From a virus (taxonomy: Duplodnaviria; Caudoviricetes), in IMG/VR virus record IMGVR_UViG_3300011008_000038, positions 1 through 64,000 of that record: a stretch of 64,000 nucleotides of DNA, one strand, 5' to 3'. Shown piece after piece: positions 1 to 9,580 of this stretch. The notes beneath the pieces were generated by a model, which was not told the origin of the DNA, made no database searches, and saw nothing but the letters and a program-made list of their open reading frames with translations. A program made the position numbers and the translations under genes. Position 1 is the first letter of the stretch. Every line of letters starts with the position of its first letter.

Positions 1-1278
1 AAGGAATTATTCTAAACTAATATCATTTAGATACCTACCACATTAGCTTTGGCTTTACTCTACTAACTAATATATTAGCTTTCGATAGTCGTTGAACTTA
101 ATTACTTCAATATCTTTATGTAAATAATTTTTTATGAGTAATTCCATGTATTAAATTACGAAAATGATTATTATAATTAGCATTAAATAATTTAGCAATT
201 TCTTTCATACACATCCCATTTTGATATAATTTTCTCATTTCCAATATTTCACTGTCTCTAAATTTTAAATGCAAAGATTTAATTCCATCATAATGAGTAA
301 AATCATATTGTGATGTAATATCAACCCATGATTTTTTATGTACTCGGAAATTATATAATTGATTACGGAAATTTTTATACAATGTTTTATTTTCTGGAAA
401 AATGTTAAATTTAGCAGCAATATCTTTAATATCCATATTTTTCATCATTAACTCGCAAGCTTCAATTACCATTTCCTTTATCCAATGAATTGATGATTTA
501 TACAAACCATCTTCTGCAGCTTTTCTACTATTTTCAAATGAACTAATTGCTTGTAAATTATGATAATTATTATTCCATTTAATATTATCAATATGATCAA
601 TAACATAATTTTCCGGAATTTCACCAATCCAAGTTTTATATACCAATCTATGTATAGCAATATTTGTATAATGAGGAAAGGGAAATGAAATTCTACAATA
701 TCCATCTTTATCAATATTTCTTTTTCTAAGTCTATTTCTGAATATAGAATATACTGCTCCAGAATCTGATATATAATATCCATTTAAGAAATTTGGAATT
801 TTCTTGAAAATTATATCATTAATTTTAATTTCAGAATCATTTATGAAAATTGGATCTTTAAATTTTGAAATATCTCTAATTCCATAGAATACTAAATTAC
901 TTAATTCTAAAATATAATATGTTTCTAAATTATATATAAATTTTATATCAGATATTGAAAATTGATTTATAATATCATTATTATCATTTAATATATAAAT
1001 ATTTGATAATTTATCAATTTTAAAATTAGCATGATATGGAATATCATATAAATTTTTATTTTTCATAATCATATCACATCCTTTATTTTTTATTGTGATA
1101 TGAAGTAATTAAGCTGCGTAGTTGACCTTATTTCTAAACTTGTTACTATACATATGTAAATAACTATATTATTCATATAGAGTTACACATCCATTATATT
1201 ATTACTAATATAATTTAGTATTTAGAACTTGCAGGTTCGTTCTCGCAATTAACTAAGTTAGGAGACACAGCAAAGTCT
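1..1278 (-). mobile_element. Group I intron in the topoisomerase B gene (3' end lies outside the window)
   Basis: On the minus strand the exon ends GAA GGA GAU (E-G-D). GGAGAU pairs with GUCUCC (1261-1266), giving a P1 helix with a U.G wobble at the splice site. Core elements: AAUUGCGAGAA (P), ACUACGCAGC (Q), GUUCAACGACUA (R, about 85-96). A 13-bp P6 extension (1101-1113 with 97-109) brackets the HNH ORF. Confidence 0.9.
116..1072 (-). CDS. Intron-encoded HNH homing endonuclease (NUMOD4/HNH_3-like, C-terminal HTH-like segments)
   Basis: GYYISDSGAVYS, DKDGYCRI, IHRLVYKTWIG, VIDHIDNIKWNNNYHNLQAIS are HNH_3 motifs; ORF lies in the P6 loop of the intron; SD AAAGGA upstream. Confidence 0.9.
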   Translation of the reverse strand: MIMKNKNLYDIPYHANFKIDKLSNIYILNDNNDIINQFSISDIKFIYNLETYYILELSNLVFYGIRDISKFKDPIFINDSEIKINDIIFKKIPNFLNGYYISDSGAVYSIFRNRLRKRNIDKDGYCRISFPFPHYTNIAIHRLVYKTWIGEIPENYVIDHIDNIKWNNNYHNLQAISSFENSRKAAEDGLYKSSIHWIKEMVIEACELMMKNMDIKDIAAKFNIFPENKTLYKNFRNQLYNFRVHKKSWVDITSQYDFTHYDGIKSLHLKFRDSEILEMRKLYQNGMCMKEIAKLFNANYNNHFRNLIHGITHKKLFT

Positions 1279-2613
1279 ATCTCCTTCTATAAGATAGAGT
1301 TCCTTATAGTCGGTCAGTCTAGTATTTGCACAAGGATCATAATTCCTAATTTTATATGCAGACCATTTTGTTAGATTTCCTTTTATTACCACTGATTTAA
1401 CTTTATCACTTTCACGCCTTGCTCTTGCATTCGTTTTTACAATATTTATCAATTCTCGTAACTGAGATTGATTCTTTGTAAAATATTTTTCCAATTCTTC
1501 CATAAATAAATTAACAAATACTTTTTTCAAATATTCATTAGTCAATTTATGTTTAGTTTGTCCAGTATATAATTTTTCAAAATTACTGTGTAATGAAACA
1601 GCTAAAGATAGTCCTGATTTAACATCATCCCATTTGATATCTAATTTATCTCTTTCTTTTTCAGACATGGAATTTTTACATGCTGTTTGAAGAAATCTAC
1701 AAAGCCCCTCAACACAGGCATCAAAATGATCTCCAAAATCAATAGTATTACTGCTATTACTGAAAGAGATAGCATAAGGAGAACTAACATTACTACTGAA
1801 ACAAAACACAATATCCATCCTAATAAAACGTCCAACATTCCCATTATCATATTCCTCCACAACATCATCTGATTCTATAGGTATATAATATTTCTGGCTT
1901 ATTATATCATCTTTACCATTTCTATCCAATATATCAATAAATTGCATTGGTTTATATACTTCAGAAAATTGTTTACCAGATTTATCAATATATAGAGAAT
2001 CAATTTTAATTTTGTTTTCATTTAAATATTGGAAGTTTAACAATTCAGAATGAATATCGTTCCAAATCAATTTAGTTCCTTTGCCAAGAATTTGTGATGG
2101 TTTATATTTTACGAATAAACCATGTTTTTCTTTTGAACATTTCATTGTTTCTTCTGATACTTTAATACCTTCTTCAAATACCAATGTTTTACAAACACCT
2201 TCAGAAGGTCCACGATATGATATAATTTCTGTAACTTCTCCAAGTCCACAAATTGCTACTGTACCAGCACCATTTGTACCAAGTACATCTATTTTCATAT
2301 CAGACTTATCAGATGAATCAATATTAGATCCCATATTAATTGTGGTAAATATTTCTTCTAACAAAGAAGTATCAATTCCTCGTCCATTATCTTCAACTGA
2401 AACAAATCCTGTTTGCTCATCAAATTCAATATGAATTTTATTTCCAGGAGATCGAGGATTTTTACATTCGTCAATTCCATTTGCGAACATTTCTCGAAAC
2501 GTGGACAATGCTGCTGCTGACCCAGAGTATGAGATGTACATTCTAAATTTCTTTCGAATTTTATCAATGTCAGATTCTAGTTTAATAATTTTATCATCTT
2601 GATATTTTGGCAA
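1279..2613 (-). CDS. gyrB: Type IIA topoisomerase / gyrase B-like subunit, exon 1 (GHKL ATPase, transducer, start of Toprim)
   Basis: IRKKFRMYI, EMFANGIDE, VEDNGRGI, GTNGAG, YTGQTK, and LYLIEGD cut exactly before the expected SA of EGDSA. TTG start with GGAG SD. Confidence 0.92.
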
Positions 2614-2670
2614 TTTTAAACCATCTCCTATGTATATCTATACGTATAAGAATATATAATTATTTATTTA

Positions 2671-3585
2671 TCAAAGAGATTTTAATAAAGTTTCTACTGT
2701 AAAAATATTAGTATTATTATAAATATTTCTAACTGGACTATTTAAAGTCAATTTATTATCATAACATTGAATAATGTATGCTGGTAAATTATCAGTTTGA
2801 TAAATTCTTTGTGAATCATAAAAATTTTCTATATCTGATAATAATGTACAATTTCCAGTTAAGCATTTTTTATAATAATTAGTTTGTTTAGGATCGTGAA
2901 TTGATCCATCAATATCGACAAATATATTTTCTTTTTCAGTTATTATCATAAAATCCCATCTGTGAAATGGACAAACATAATCACTACCAGTTTGAATATT
3001 ATAAGGAAATAATTTTCTGAAATTTGGATGTGAAGTTAAATTATATATTTGAAATAAAAATTTAATATCATATTTTAATAATAATCTCATAAAATCAGCT
3101 TCACTATCATAAATATTATCCAAACATTCTTTGATAAATTTTTCCAACAATTTTGGAGCTGTATTATTATGATTTTTGCAATATTCTAAATCATGTTTTA
3201 CATGATCTTCATAAGATAAATTATGATAAAAATTATTACTTTTTTTCCTCATCTTTTCTCGTTCTTTAGGATTAGTATATCTTCTTTTTTGTCCATTACT
3301 TTTATTCATACTAGCTATTTGTTTTTCTTCTAGTGACATATGATCAATGCCATCTTGTCTAAGTTTTTTCCATTCATCTATATCACTTTCTGATCTATTG
3401 TCCCAAACTTCTTTTTGTACTTTACTCTGTATTTTATTTACATGTAATTTCATACAATCTTTACAAAGCATTGGAGTATTGTTTCGAATTCTTTCATTAT
3501 ATGTACTTCGTTTAATTGTAAATTCTATTCCACAATCTTCATTTTGACATGAAACGATATAATATTTTTCATTAAGTTTTTTCAT
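2671..3585 (-). CDS. Free-standing putative homing endonuclease: N-terminal Zn ribbon plus C-terminal Vsr/EDxHD-like PD-(D/E)XK domain
   Basis: CQNEDC...LCKDC; HRWDFMII...FVDIDGSIHD; clear paralogue of 30366-31274. Confidence 0.65.
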   Translation of the reverse strand: MKKLNEKYYIVSCQNEDCGIEFTIKRSTYNERIRNNTPMLCKDCMKLHVNKIQSKVQKEVWDNRSESDIDEWKKLRQDGIDHMSLEEKQIASMNKSNGQKRRYTNPKEREKMRKKSNNFYHNLSYEDHVKHDLEYCKNHNNTAPKLLEKFIKECLDNIYDSEADFMRLLLKYDIKFLFQIYNLTSHPNFRKLFPYNIQTGSDYVCPFHRWDFMIITEKENIFVDIDGSIHDPKQTNYYKKCLTGNCTLLSDIENFYDSQRIYQTDNLPAYIIQCYDNKLTLNSPVRNIYNNTNIFTVETLLKSL

Positions 3586-3617
3586 ACATAATTATTCCTC
3601 TCAAGAATATAAATAAT

Positions 3618-3655
3618 TATAATAATCAATCAACATATGTTGATTGATTATTATA
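3618..3655. terminator. Perfect 38-bp palindrome after the DNA polymerase gene (putative terminator or processing hairpin)
   Basis: TATAATAATCAATCAACAT|ATGTTGATTGATTATTATA. Confidence 0.6.
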
Positions 3656-3659
3656 AAAA

Positions 3660-5501
3660 CTAATTATTCAATTTATTTTCAATAATTTCAACCAACTCAT
3701 CAATTTCTGGCAAATTCAAATAATTATATCCAAATGTTAACGGATTTTTACTACAGAAACAATTAACAGCTTCTCCAGTAATATCAACTGGAACTTCCTG
3801 TCCATATTTGTTTATTTCTGTATATGTTTGATTCAATGATTTATTTGAAAATTCTCCACTAATGAAATCTTCATTATTAAATTTTGCTTTGTATAATAAT
3901 GTACCAGGATCCAGATTACACGCAATCTTAATTGAAGGATAAAATGATGAGAAGTCAAAATCGATTGCATTTCTAAATAAATAATTCGTTTTCCTACCAA
4001 AGACAACTTCACCAACATTATCATTCATCAGAGGATCTGCATTGATGGCTCCTTTATATGATGTCTTGGTCTCTTCTTCATAATCTTCTCCATAAAATTC
4101 TCTATCTTCCCTTCTCTTATCTCTCAATTTTAATATATTAATGTTATTTGATTGAACCCATCCTTCTTTTTCAAAATACATTTCTCTAACGCAACGAAGT
4201 AAATGAGTTTCTTTAAATATTTTATTATATGGAGTAAGATTATTATGAGATCTCATATAGAATGTTAATAAATCATTTGTGTGTTTTTCTATCTGTCTGA
4301 TCAATAAAACATCCTTTAAGTTATATAATAAGAATTTCATCCAATCAACATATGGAAAATTAACAATATTAGTTGAACTAGCATACTCAACTTTTTTATC
4401 TTTTAATTCTTTTTCTGCAACATCATTTAGTTTATGAGATTTTAATTTATGCTCAGATTTTCTAATATTTGCATAAATTCTCATTTGACATTCATATTGA
4501 GTATATGATGAACAGAAAAATTGATCCCATTGTTTTTCGAGATCAAAGAATCTTGTATCTTTTACAAAATAACATTGTTTAGGTTCTATATCAGGATGAC
4601 AAATAATTGATATTGGATCAAATCCTAGATGTTCACATCTACCAATTATATAGGGAATGTCGAAACGCATATTCCATATATCACAAAAATCAGGTTTCTT
4701 ATCATTTATCAATCTAAAAACATCTGCAATCAAATCAATTTCTTTCTCATAATCGTTTATCTTATAATCAATACTACCATATGTTTTATCAAATTCTGAA
4801 TGTAATAATTTAATATATTCATCTTTATTTGACATCAAATATTCATGTTCATGTAATTGTTTTTCATATAATTTATATCTTTCTTTAAAAGATTCTAGAT
4901 TAGGATCTCCATGTGGTTCTTGTGGTTTTAATATAAATTGATACATTTCAGCTGGATCATCAAATCCAACAGTTATCACGTTAATTGGTGCCCATGCAGA
5001 ATCTCTTGGATTATCCATATCTATTTTATAATCGATCTGATCAACCTCAATATCAAGAAATGCTTTATACAATTTAGGTGATCTTAATTTATATTTATAA
5101 TACCAATCTCTCATAAAATAGAATTCTGGTAGAAAATCACATCCATATGCATATGGCCATTTATATAAATTATCCAATACTTTTGGATCCATTGTTTGTT
5201 CTGCAACATGTAAAATTTGTTCTCCAAATTTTCCAGCTTGTTCTGCTATAGTATAACGAACTTTACTTAACGGAACTGTATATTTTTCCATACGAGAAAT
5301 TTTTTCTTGTGGTTTCATATAATTAAAATCACGATTTTCTGGTTTAACTATATAAATATCAACATCTGGTGGCTCATTTGAAAATCTCATTCTATTATTA
5401 TCATCTCGATAAATAACATGAAAACATTCTTTTATTCCTCGTTTACGATCAGGTCTAAAATATTGTACTTTTAATAAAGTTGGATTATCTCCTCTAATCA
5501 T
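3660..5501 (-). CDS. Family-B DNA polymerase, N-terminal subunit (3'-5' exonuclease plus palm motif A); split polymerase
   Basis: ExoI FLDIEVD, ExoII IWNMRFDIPYI, ExoIII YNLKDV, YKGAINA, motif A DFDFSSFYPSI. No KxxxNSxYG or YGDTDS before the stop. Confidence 0.85.
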   Translation of the reverse strand: MIRGDNPTLLKVQYFRPDRKRGIKECFHVIYRDDNNRMRFSNEPPDVDIYIVKPENRDFNYMKPQEKISRMEKYTVPLSKVRYTIAEQAGKFGEQILHVAEQTMDPKVLDNLYKWPYAYGCDFLPEFYFMRDWYYKYKLRSPKLYKAFLDIEVDQIDYKIDMDNPRDSAWAPINVITVGFDDPAEMYQFILKPQEPHGDPNLESFKERYKLYEKQLHEHEYLMSNKDEYIKLLHSEFDKTYGSIDYKINDYEKEIDLIADVFRLINDKKPDFCDIWNMRFDIPYIIGRCEHLGFDPISIICHPDIEPKQCYFVKDTRFFDLEKQWDQFFCSSYTQYECQMRIYANIRKSEHKLKSHKLNDVAEKELKDKKVEYASSTNIVNFPYVDWMKFLLYNLKDVLLIRQIEKHTNDLLTFYMRSHNNLTPYNKIFKETHLLRCVREMYFEKEGWVQSNNINILKLRDKRREDREFYGEDYEEETKTSYKGAINADPLMNDNVGEVVFGRKTNYLFRNAIDFDFSSFYPSIKIACNLDPGTLLYKAKFNNEDFISGEFSNKSLNQTYTEINKYGQEVPVDITGEAVNCFCSKNPLTFGYNYLNLPEIDELVEIIENKLNN

Positions 5502-5544
5502 AAAATTTTCACATCTCCTATTTAATAAAATGATTACAAAAAAT

Positions 5545-5574
5545 AAAGAAAGCTGATTTAAATCAGCTTTCTTT
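5545..5574. terminator. Perfect 30-bp palindrome
   Basis: AAAGAAAGCTGATTT|AAATCAGCTTTCTTT, intergenic. Confidence 0.6.
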
Positions 5575-5586
5575 TGACAAATAATA

Positions 5587-5871
5587 TTATTTCTTTTTCT
5601 TCTTCTTTTTCTTAGATTTATCCTTTAAAAGAGATGGAAAATACATAACATATTCATCATCAGATGATTTAGATTTTTTCTTTTTCTTCTTTCTCATCTT
5701 TTGATAATCTCTGAATACATCATATATAGCTCTTGGAGATCCATTCTTTTTATAACCTAAAACATATTTCTGAAAAGAATCAATATCGAAATTTTTTAAT
5801 ATTTTCTTCTCTGGTTCTTCTGGAGTAGTTTCTGTTGTGATAATTGTTGCTACGTCATTATTTTTTTCCAT
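5587..5871 (-). CDS. Small Lys-rich hypothetical protein
   Basis: 94-aa ORF with GGAG SD and poly-Lys tracts; no recognised motif. Confidence 0.65.
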   Translation of the reverse strand: MEKNNDVATIITTETTPEEPEKKILKNFDIDSFQKYVLGYKKNGSPRAIYDVFRDYQKMRKKKKKKSKSSDDEYVMYFPSLLKDKSKKKKKKKK

Positions 5872-5887
5872 ATTAATTTAGCTCCTT

Positions 5888-6862
5888 TTATGAATTTTGA
5901 TATGATTTGAATAATGTGGCTAATGTTGATACGTTTTCATCAACTTCATCATCATGTAATTTATTCTTATAAATCTTTGCAAATTTTTTCATATTCTTTT
6001 TGGATATTACATATGATGCTATCCAACGTTGTAAAATTTCATTTCTGAATTTCTTTTTCCATCTTGCGTTACCTGGAATAAAGTCCTTCAGAAAATCTTT
6101 AATAATTCTAATGTCTTTCTTAATATCTGAATTTGATTTTGAAATTAAAAGATTATGTTTCTTTATTGTTTGTTTTGGAGATTTCATATTACTGAAGACT
6201 CTAGATCTTCCATAATATTTTTTATTTGATTTTTTAATTTTTCGATCATCATCCTCATAATCTTCATCTTCATCAGAAGTATCAAGAGCTCCATATTTGG
6301 TTAATAAATTTTTTACATATTCTTCTTCATCTTGTTGTAAATTAAATTTACGTGATTTAGTATCATTCTTCATATGAGTTTTATGTTGTAGTATTTTTAG
6401 ATCATCTGATCCATCATTTACATCATCTTCAGTATTATTGATATCGTCAAACATTTGATTCAACGTCTCTGATTCTACATATCGTAGATATTGCATTTGT
6501 TTTGAAGATACTAGCATCATCATAGTTCCATGAAGTTCATAAATTTTACGAGCTGTATCATTATCGAAATAATCATATGAACATTCAATTGTTGTATAAT
6601 GATAATGGATCGATACTGTAAAAATTGTATTTGGAACTTTAGATGTGAATATTTTAATTAAATTTCCAACAAATAGTTTTATATCCAGATATTTAAAAAC
6701 TGTGTCTGTGAAAATAACTGAATATCCCTCAGATGTTTTATTTACATTGATTGAAGTTTTATCCGAAAATTTTGATCCATCATGTGAAGTATCAAAATTA
6801 GAAATTGCTGATAAATTTCTATCACTCGGAATAATATGAATTTTTAAATTAGCACTTTCCAA
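5888..6862 (-). CDS. Hypothetical protein with acidic linker and basic C-terminus
   Basis: 324-aa ORF, TTG start with GAAGGTG SD, co-oriented with neighbours. Confidence 0.75.
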   Translation of the reverse strand: MESANLKIHIIPSDRNLSAISNFDTSHDGSKFSDKTSINVNKTSEGYSVIFTDTVFKYLDIKLFVGNLIKIFTSKVPNTIFTVSIHYHYTTIECSYDYFDNDTARKIYELHGTMMMLVSSKQMQYLRYVESETLNQMFDDINNTEDDVNDGSDDLKILQHKTHMKNDTKSRKFNLQQDEEEYVKNLLTKYGALDTSDEDEDYEDDDRKIKKSNKKYYGRSRVFSNMKSPKQTIKKHNLLISKSNSDIKKDIRIIKDFLKDFIPGNARWKKKFRNEILQRWIASYVISKKNMKKFAKIYKNKLHDDEVDENVSTLATLFKSYQNS

Positions 6863-6882
6863 TTATAACACACCTTCTTTTA

Positions 6883-7143
6883 TTAATATTCATATTCTTC
6901 ATCATAATAACTAAAATCCCATTCATCAGGATCTTTGAATATGTTTCGTTTTCCTTTACGAATTTTACGAACTAACTTTTTTGCTAGTTCTATATTTGCG
7001 AGAATTTTATCTCCTTCTTTATCCATAATATCTTTTGGTATAATCATAACATTTTCAAGCTCATCAATATATAATTCTATTGCATCTGCAAAATCTTTCA
7101 TTTCAGCTTCAAAATCTTCATCTTTTTTATTAATATTTCGCAT
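6883..7143 (-). CDS. Small hypothetical protein
   Basis: ORF 6883-7164; likely start ATG at 7143 after GGAGG. Confidence 0.65.
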   Translation of the reverse strand: MRNINKKDEDFEAEMKDFADAIELYIDELENVMIIPKDIMDKEGDKILANIELAKKLVRKIRKGKRNIFKDPDEWDFSYYDEEYEY

Positions 7144-7196
7144 GTTAGTCTGCTTTCCTCCCAATAATAAAAACTCACTTAAATGTTGATATATTA

Positions 7197-7206
7197 ATAA
7201 TATATC
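7197..7206 (-). promoter_or_regulatory. Candidate phage promoter element GATATATTAT (near-palindromic, between divergent genes)
   Basis: Matches the recurrent KATATATTAT motif; a GATATATTAA copy lies on the plus strand at 7188-7197. Confidence 0.4.
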
Positions 7207-7253
7207 ATTAACAAAACATGTTTTTTATCATCTTTAGTGGAGGTCGAATATTA

Positions 7254-8552
7254 ATGAAAATTACAAATATTGAAGAAACTGGATGCAATGATATTCTTAG
7301 ATGGGCAATATCAAATAAAGTAAATTTATTGGAAGAACCAGAATTAATTAGTTTGATTAATAATGAAACTTCTTACACAGTAACTTTTTCTAATATTAAC
7401 TTTTTTGAATTGTTTAGATTAACACAATTATTTAGAGATAAATTACGAATAATTGAAGAGAAGGAATTTATTAAAGAATTTGATGATAATTATCTTTCCT
7501 CCCTATTTAGTGGAAAATTTCACTTGGATAAAGATGGGAACTTTCATTTAGAAGGAGATATCCCAATATCCTCCTTGGCAAACAGAGCTACACAATCCTT
7601 TGTGAACTTAGCCCTGCAAATGAGCGGCAACAGTGATATTGTACAAACTGGAATGATTAGACTATACTTGCCAATGATATGTCGACGATTTGATGTAGCA
7701 ATTCCCATCGAATTTGGAGCCTTCCTTGGCACACTCGAAAATTTAGATGACCTCTATCGCATCTTCAATGAGAATTACCCGAACACACTTTCAAATGAAA
7801 TAAATAATGAAAACAGTTCTATCATACGTTCAATCGCATATAAGTTCGTTCGATCTACTGCCATAGTCCGCTATACAGATAAATCCGAGCAATTATTAAA
7901 ATTAATTAAATATGTGCCACTATCCATCTCTTCTTCAAATACCAAATTATATAAAATTGGTCAACTCGGATTTAGAAAATATGATTCACATTTACGAGCA
8001 AATTTTGGATGCTCTCTATTTAATAGATTAGATAATGACCTCTGGACTCAAAGGACCAGACAAATTAGTTTAATTGATTCAAAGTTAAAAGTTGATTTTG
8101 CTGTTCAATTACCAATGCAATATATGCAAATGATTGAAAATTCATTTAGTTCTGATATATTACCAATATCATATGGATCATCAATTCAAAATATTATCGA
8201 GAATGGATTAGCTTTCAATGGATTTAAAAATCTTGATGATGAAGAATTAAGTGAAGAAGAATATCAACAACTTACAAATGATATTGAAGCATATCATTCA
8301 CGTATAAATGAAGCTAATCAATTTGCATTAAATGTTATTTCATTATTATTACAGGATAATATTCATAATGATGAAAATAGTACATTTGCTTTACTTCCAT
8401 CAATGTATGCAACGAATGCTGTATTTACTATTGATTTAGAGAAGAAAGATTTATACTTAAACAAATTCAATGATATTGTAATAAATTCTTTATTTAAAGA
8501 AATGATAGGATTGGCCAGTTCACTATCATATGATATGGCTCAAACTAAATAA
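7254..8552 (+). CDS. Hypothetical protein, possibly a degenerate tandem ThyX-like fold
   Basis: Long ORF, GGAGG SD at 7239. SYTVTFSNINFFELFRL, RLYLPMICRRFDVAI and FALLPSMYATNAVFTIDL resemble ThyX strand and LP motifs, but the RHRxxS motif is absent. Confidence refers to the CDS; the function is weak. Confidence 0.7.
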   Translation: MKITNIEETGCNDILRWAISNKVNLLEEPELISLINNETSYTVTFSNINFFELFRLTQLFRDKLRIIEEKEFIKEFDDNYLSSLFSGKFHLDKDGNFHLEGDIPISSLANRATQSFVNLALQMSGNSDIVQTGMIRLYLPMICRRFDVAIPIEFGAFLGTLENLDDLYRIFNENYPNTLSNEINNENSSIIRSIAYKFVRSTAIVRYTDKSEQLLKLIKYVPLSISSSNTKLYKIGQLGFRKYDSHLRANFGCSLFNRLDNDLWTQRTRQISLIDSKLKVDFAVQLPMQYMQMIENSFSSDILPISYGSSIQNIIENGLAFNGFKNLDDEELSEEEYQQLTNDIEAYHSRINEANQFALNVISLLLQDNIHNDENSTFALLPSMYATNAVFTIDLEKKDLYLNKFNDIVINSLFKEMIGLASSLSYDMAQTK

Positions 8553-9444
8553 TTTTTCCAAATATTAATGATGCTACTTTACCAAAATTTTTCGTTACAA
8601 CACCAACTAATCCAACAATGGCAATTTGGCCAATTACAGCCCAATCTTTATCATCAAATTGAAAAAAATCTCCAACTTTCTTGACTACTTTGGATACTGT
8701 TTTCTTTACAGTCTTACATACCGAAGTTACAACATTTTTAACACGTTTACAAGCTCTACCAAATTTAGAACCATAGTCAACTTCTTCTTTCTTGCCACAA
8801 GCTGCTTCTAGCCATTCAATTTGGGTTCGAATATCTCGAAGACGACAATTAAGCTTAAGGATGCGTTTAGCATCCTTTGGCTTTCTTCTGTCTAACATTC
8901 CAAGTTTATCCTTAATTGCATCTCTTTCTATAATTAATTCCATTATGTTAATTTGATCTAATTTATGATTCTTTGCATTCTCAATCACTCGTTTCTCTAA
9001 TTTATCGCAATACCAATCTTTTGTAACTATGAGAGGAGGTCTTATTGCATCGGGATTACAATGTTTAATTATTGGCATCTTAAGTTCAATTGGCTTCTTT
9101 AATACTCTATAATCATAACGATGATTTTTAAGAGCTTCCTTGATATCATCTTCTCTCCAAATACTTCCTTCTGGAGATGGAAATTCTGCCCCACCCGGAT
9201 GATTTATCCAAGCTTTTACACTTTTAAACTGATCAATATCCCCTCCAACAGCATGATAGATTCTATAATCTTCTGGACTTACATTTTCATTAACACTAAA
9301 TTCTCCAACCATTTCAACTTCATTTAATGGTGGAATATATTTCTTGTTCCAGGTCCAATTAAAATCTTGTCTTTCAATTGTACCATAACCAGCACTCAAA
9401 TCGAATGCACTCTCATCTATTTTTACAGCATTTAATAATCTCAT
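8545..9444 (-). CDS. Hypothetical protein with amphipathic/hydrophobic C-terminus
   Basis: 299-aa ORF, GGGAG SD; 8-nt convergent overlap with the previous gene. Confidence 0.7.
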   Translation of the reverse strand: MRLLNAVKIDESAFDLSAGYGTIERQDFNWTWNKKYIPPLNEVEMVGEFSVNENVSPEDYRIYHAVGGDIDQFKSVKAWINHPGGAEFPSPEGSIWREDDIKEALKNHRYDYRVLKKPIELKMPIIKHCNPDAIRPPLIVTKDWYCDKLEKRVIENAKNHKLDQINIMELIIERDAIKDKLGMLDRRKPKDAKRILKLNCRLRDIRTQIEWLEAACGKKEEVDYGSKFGRACKRVKNVVTSVCKTVKKTVSKVVKKVGDFFQFDDKDWAVIGQIAIVGLVGVVTKNFGKVASLIFGKII

Positions 9445-9538
9445 GATAATTCAGTCTCCCTTTTCATATAATATAATTATAAAAACATTGTACAATATTT
9501 TTACCTATTCATACTATATTTAGAATATATCATTGAAA

Positions 9539-9570
9539 AATTGAGGAGTGTTTTGAAACACTCCTCAATT
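9539..9570. terminator. Hairpin terminator downstream of the 2871-aa gene
   Basis: AATTGAGGAGTGTTT-TG-AAACACTCCTCAATT. Confidence 0.7.
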
Positions 9571-9580
9571 ATATTATTTT

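Noticed and set aside
1258-1278. C-terminal RLCCVS of the 451-aa ORF
   Set aside because: Intron P1 sequence read through in frame, not protein.
2614-3659. Endonuclease at 2671-3585 as part of an intron in the polymerase gene
   Set aside because: No P/Q/R/S core is visible and gyrB begins with its own complete N-terminus. Same reasoning for 30366-31274.
5587-5710. Poly-Lys/purine runs as programmed frameshift sites
   Set aside because: No alternative open frame would be joined; they look like ordinary basic low-complexity tails.
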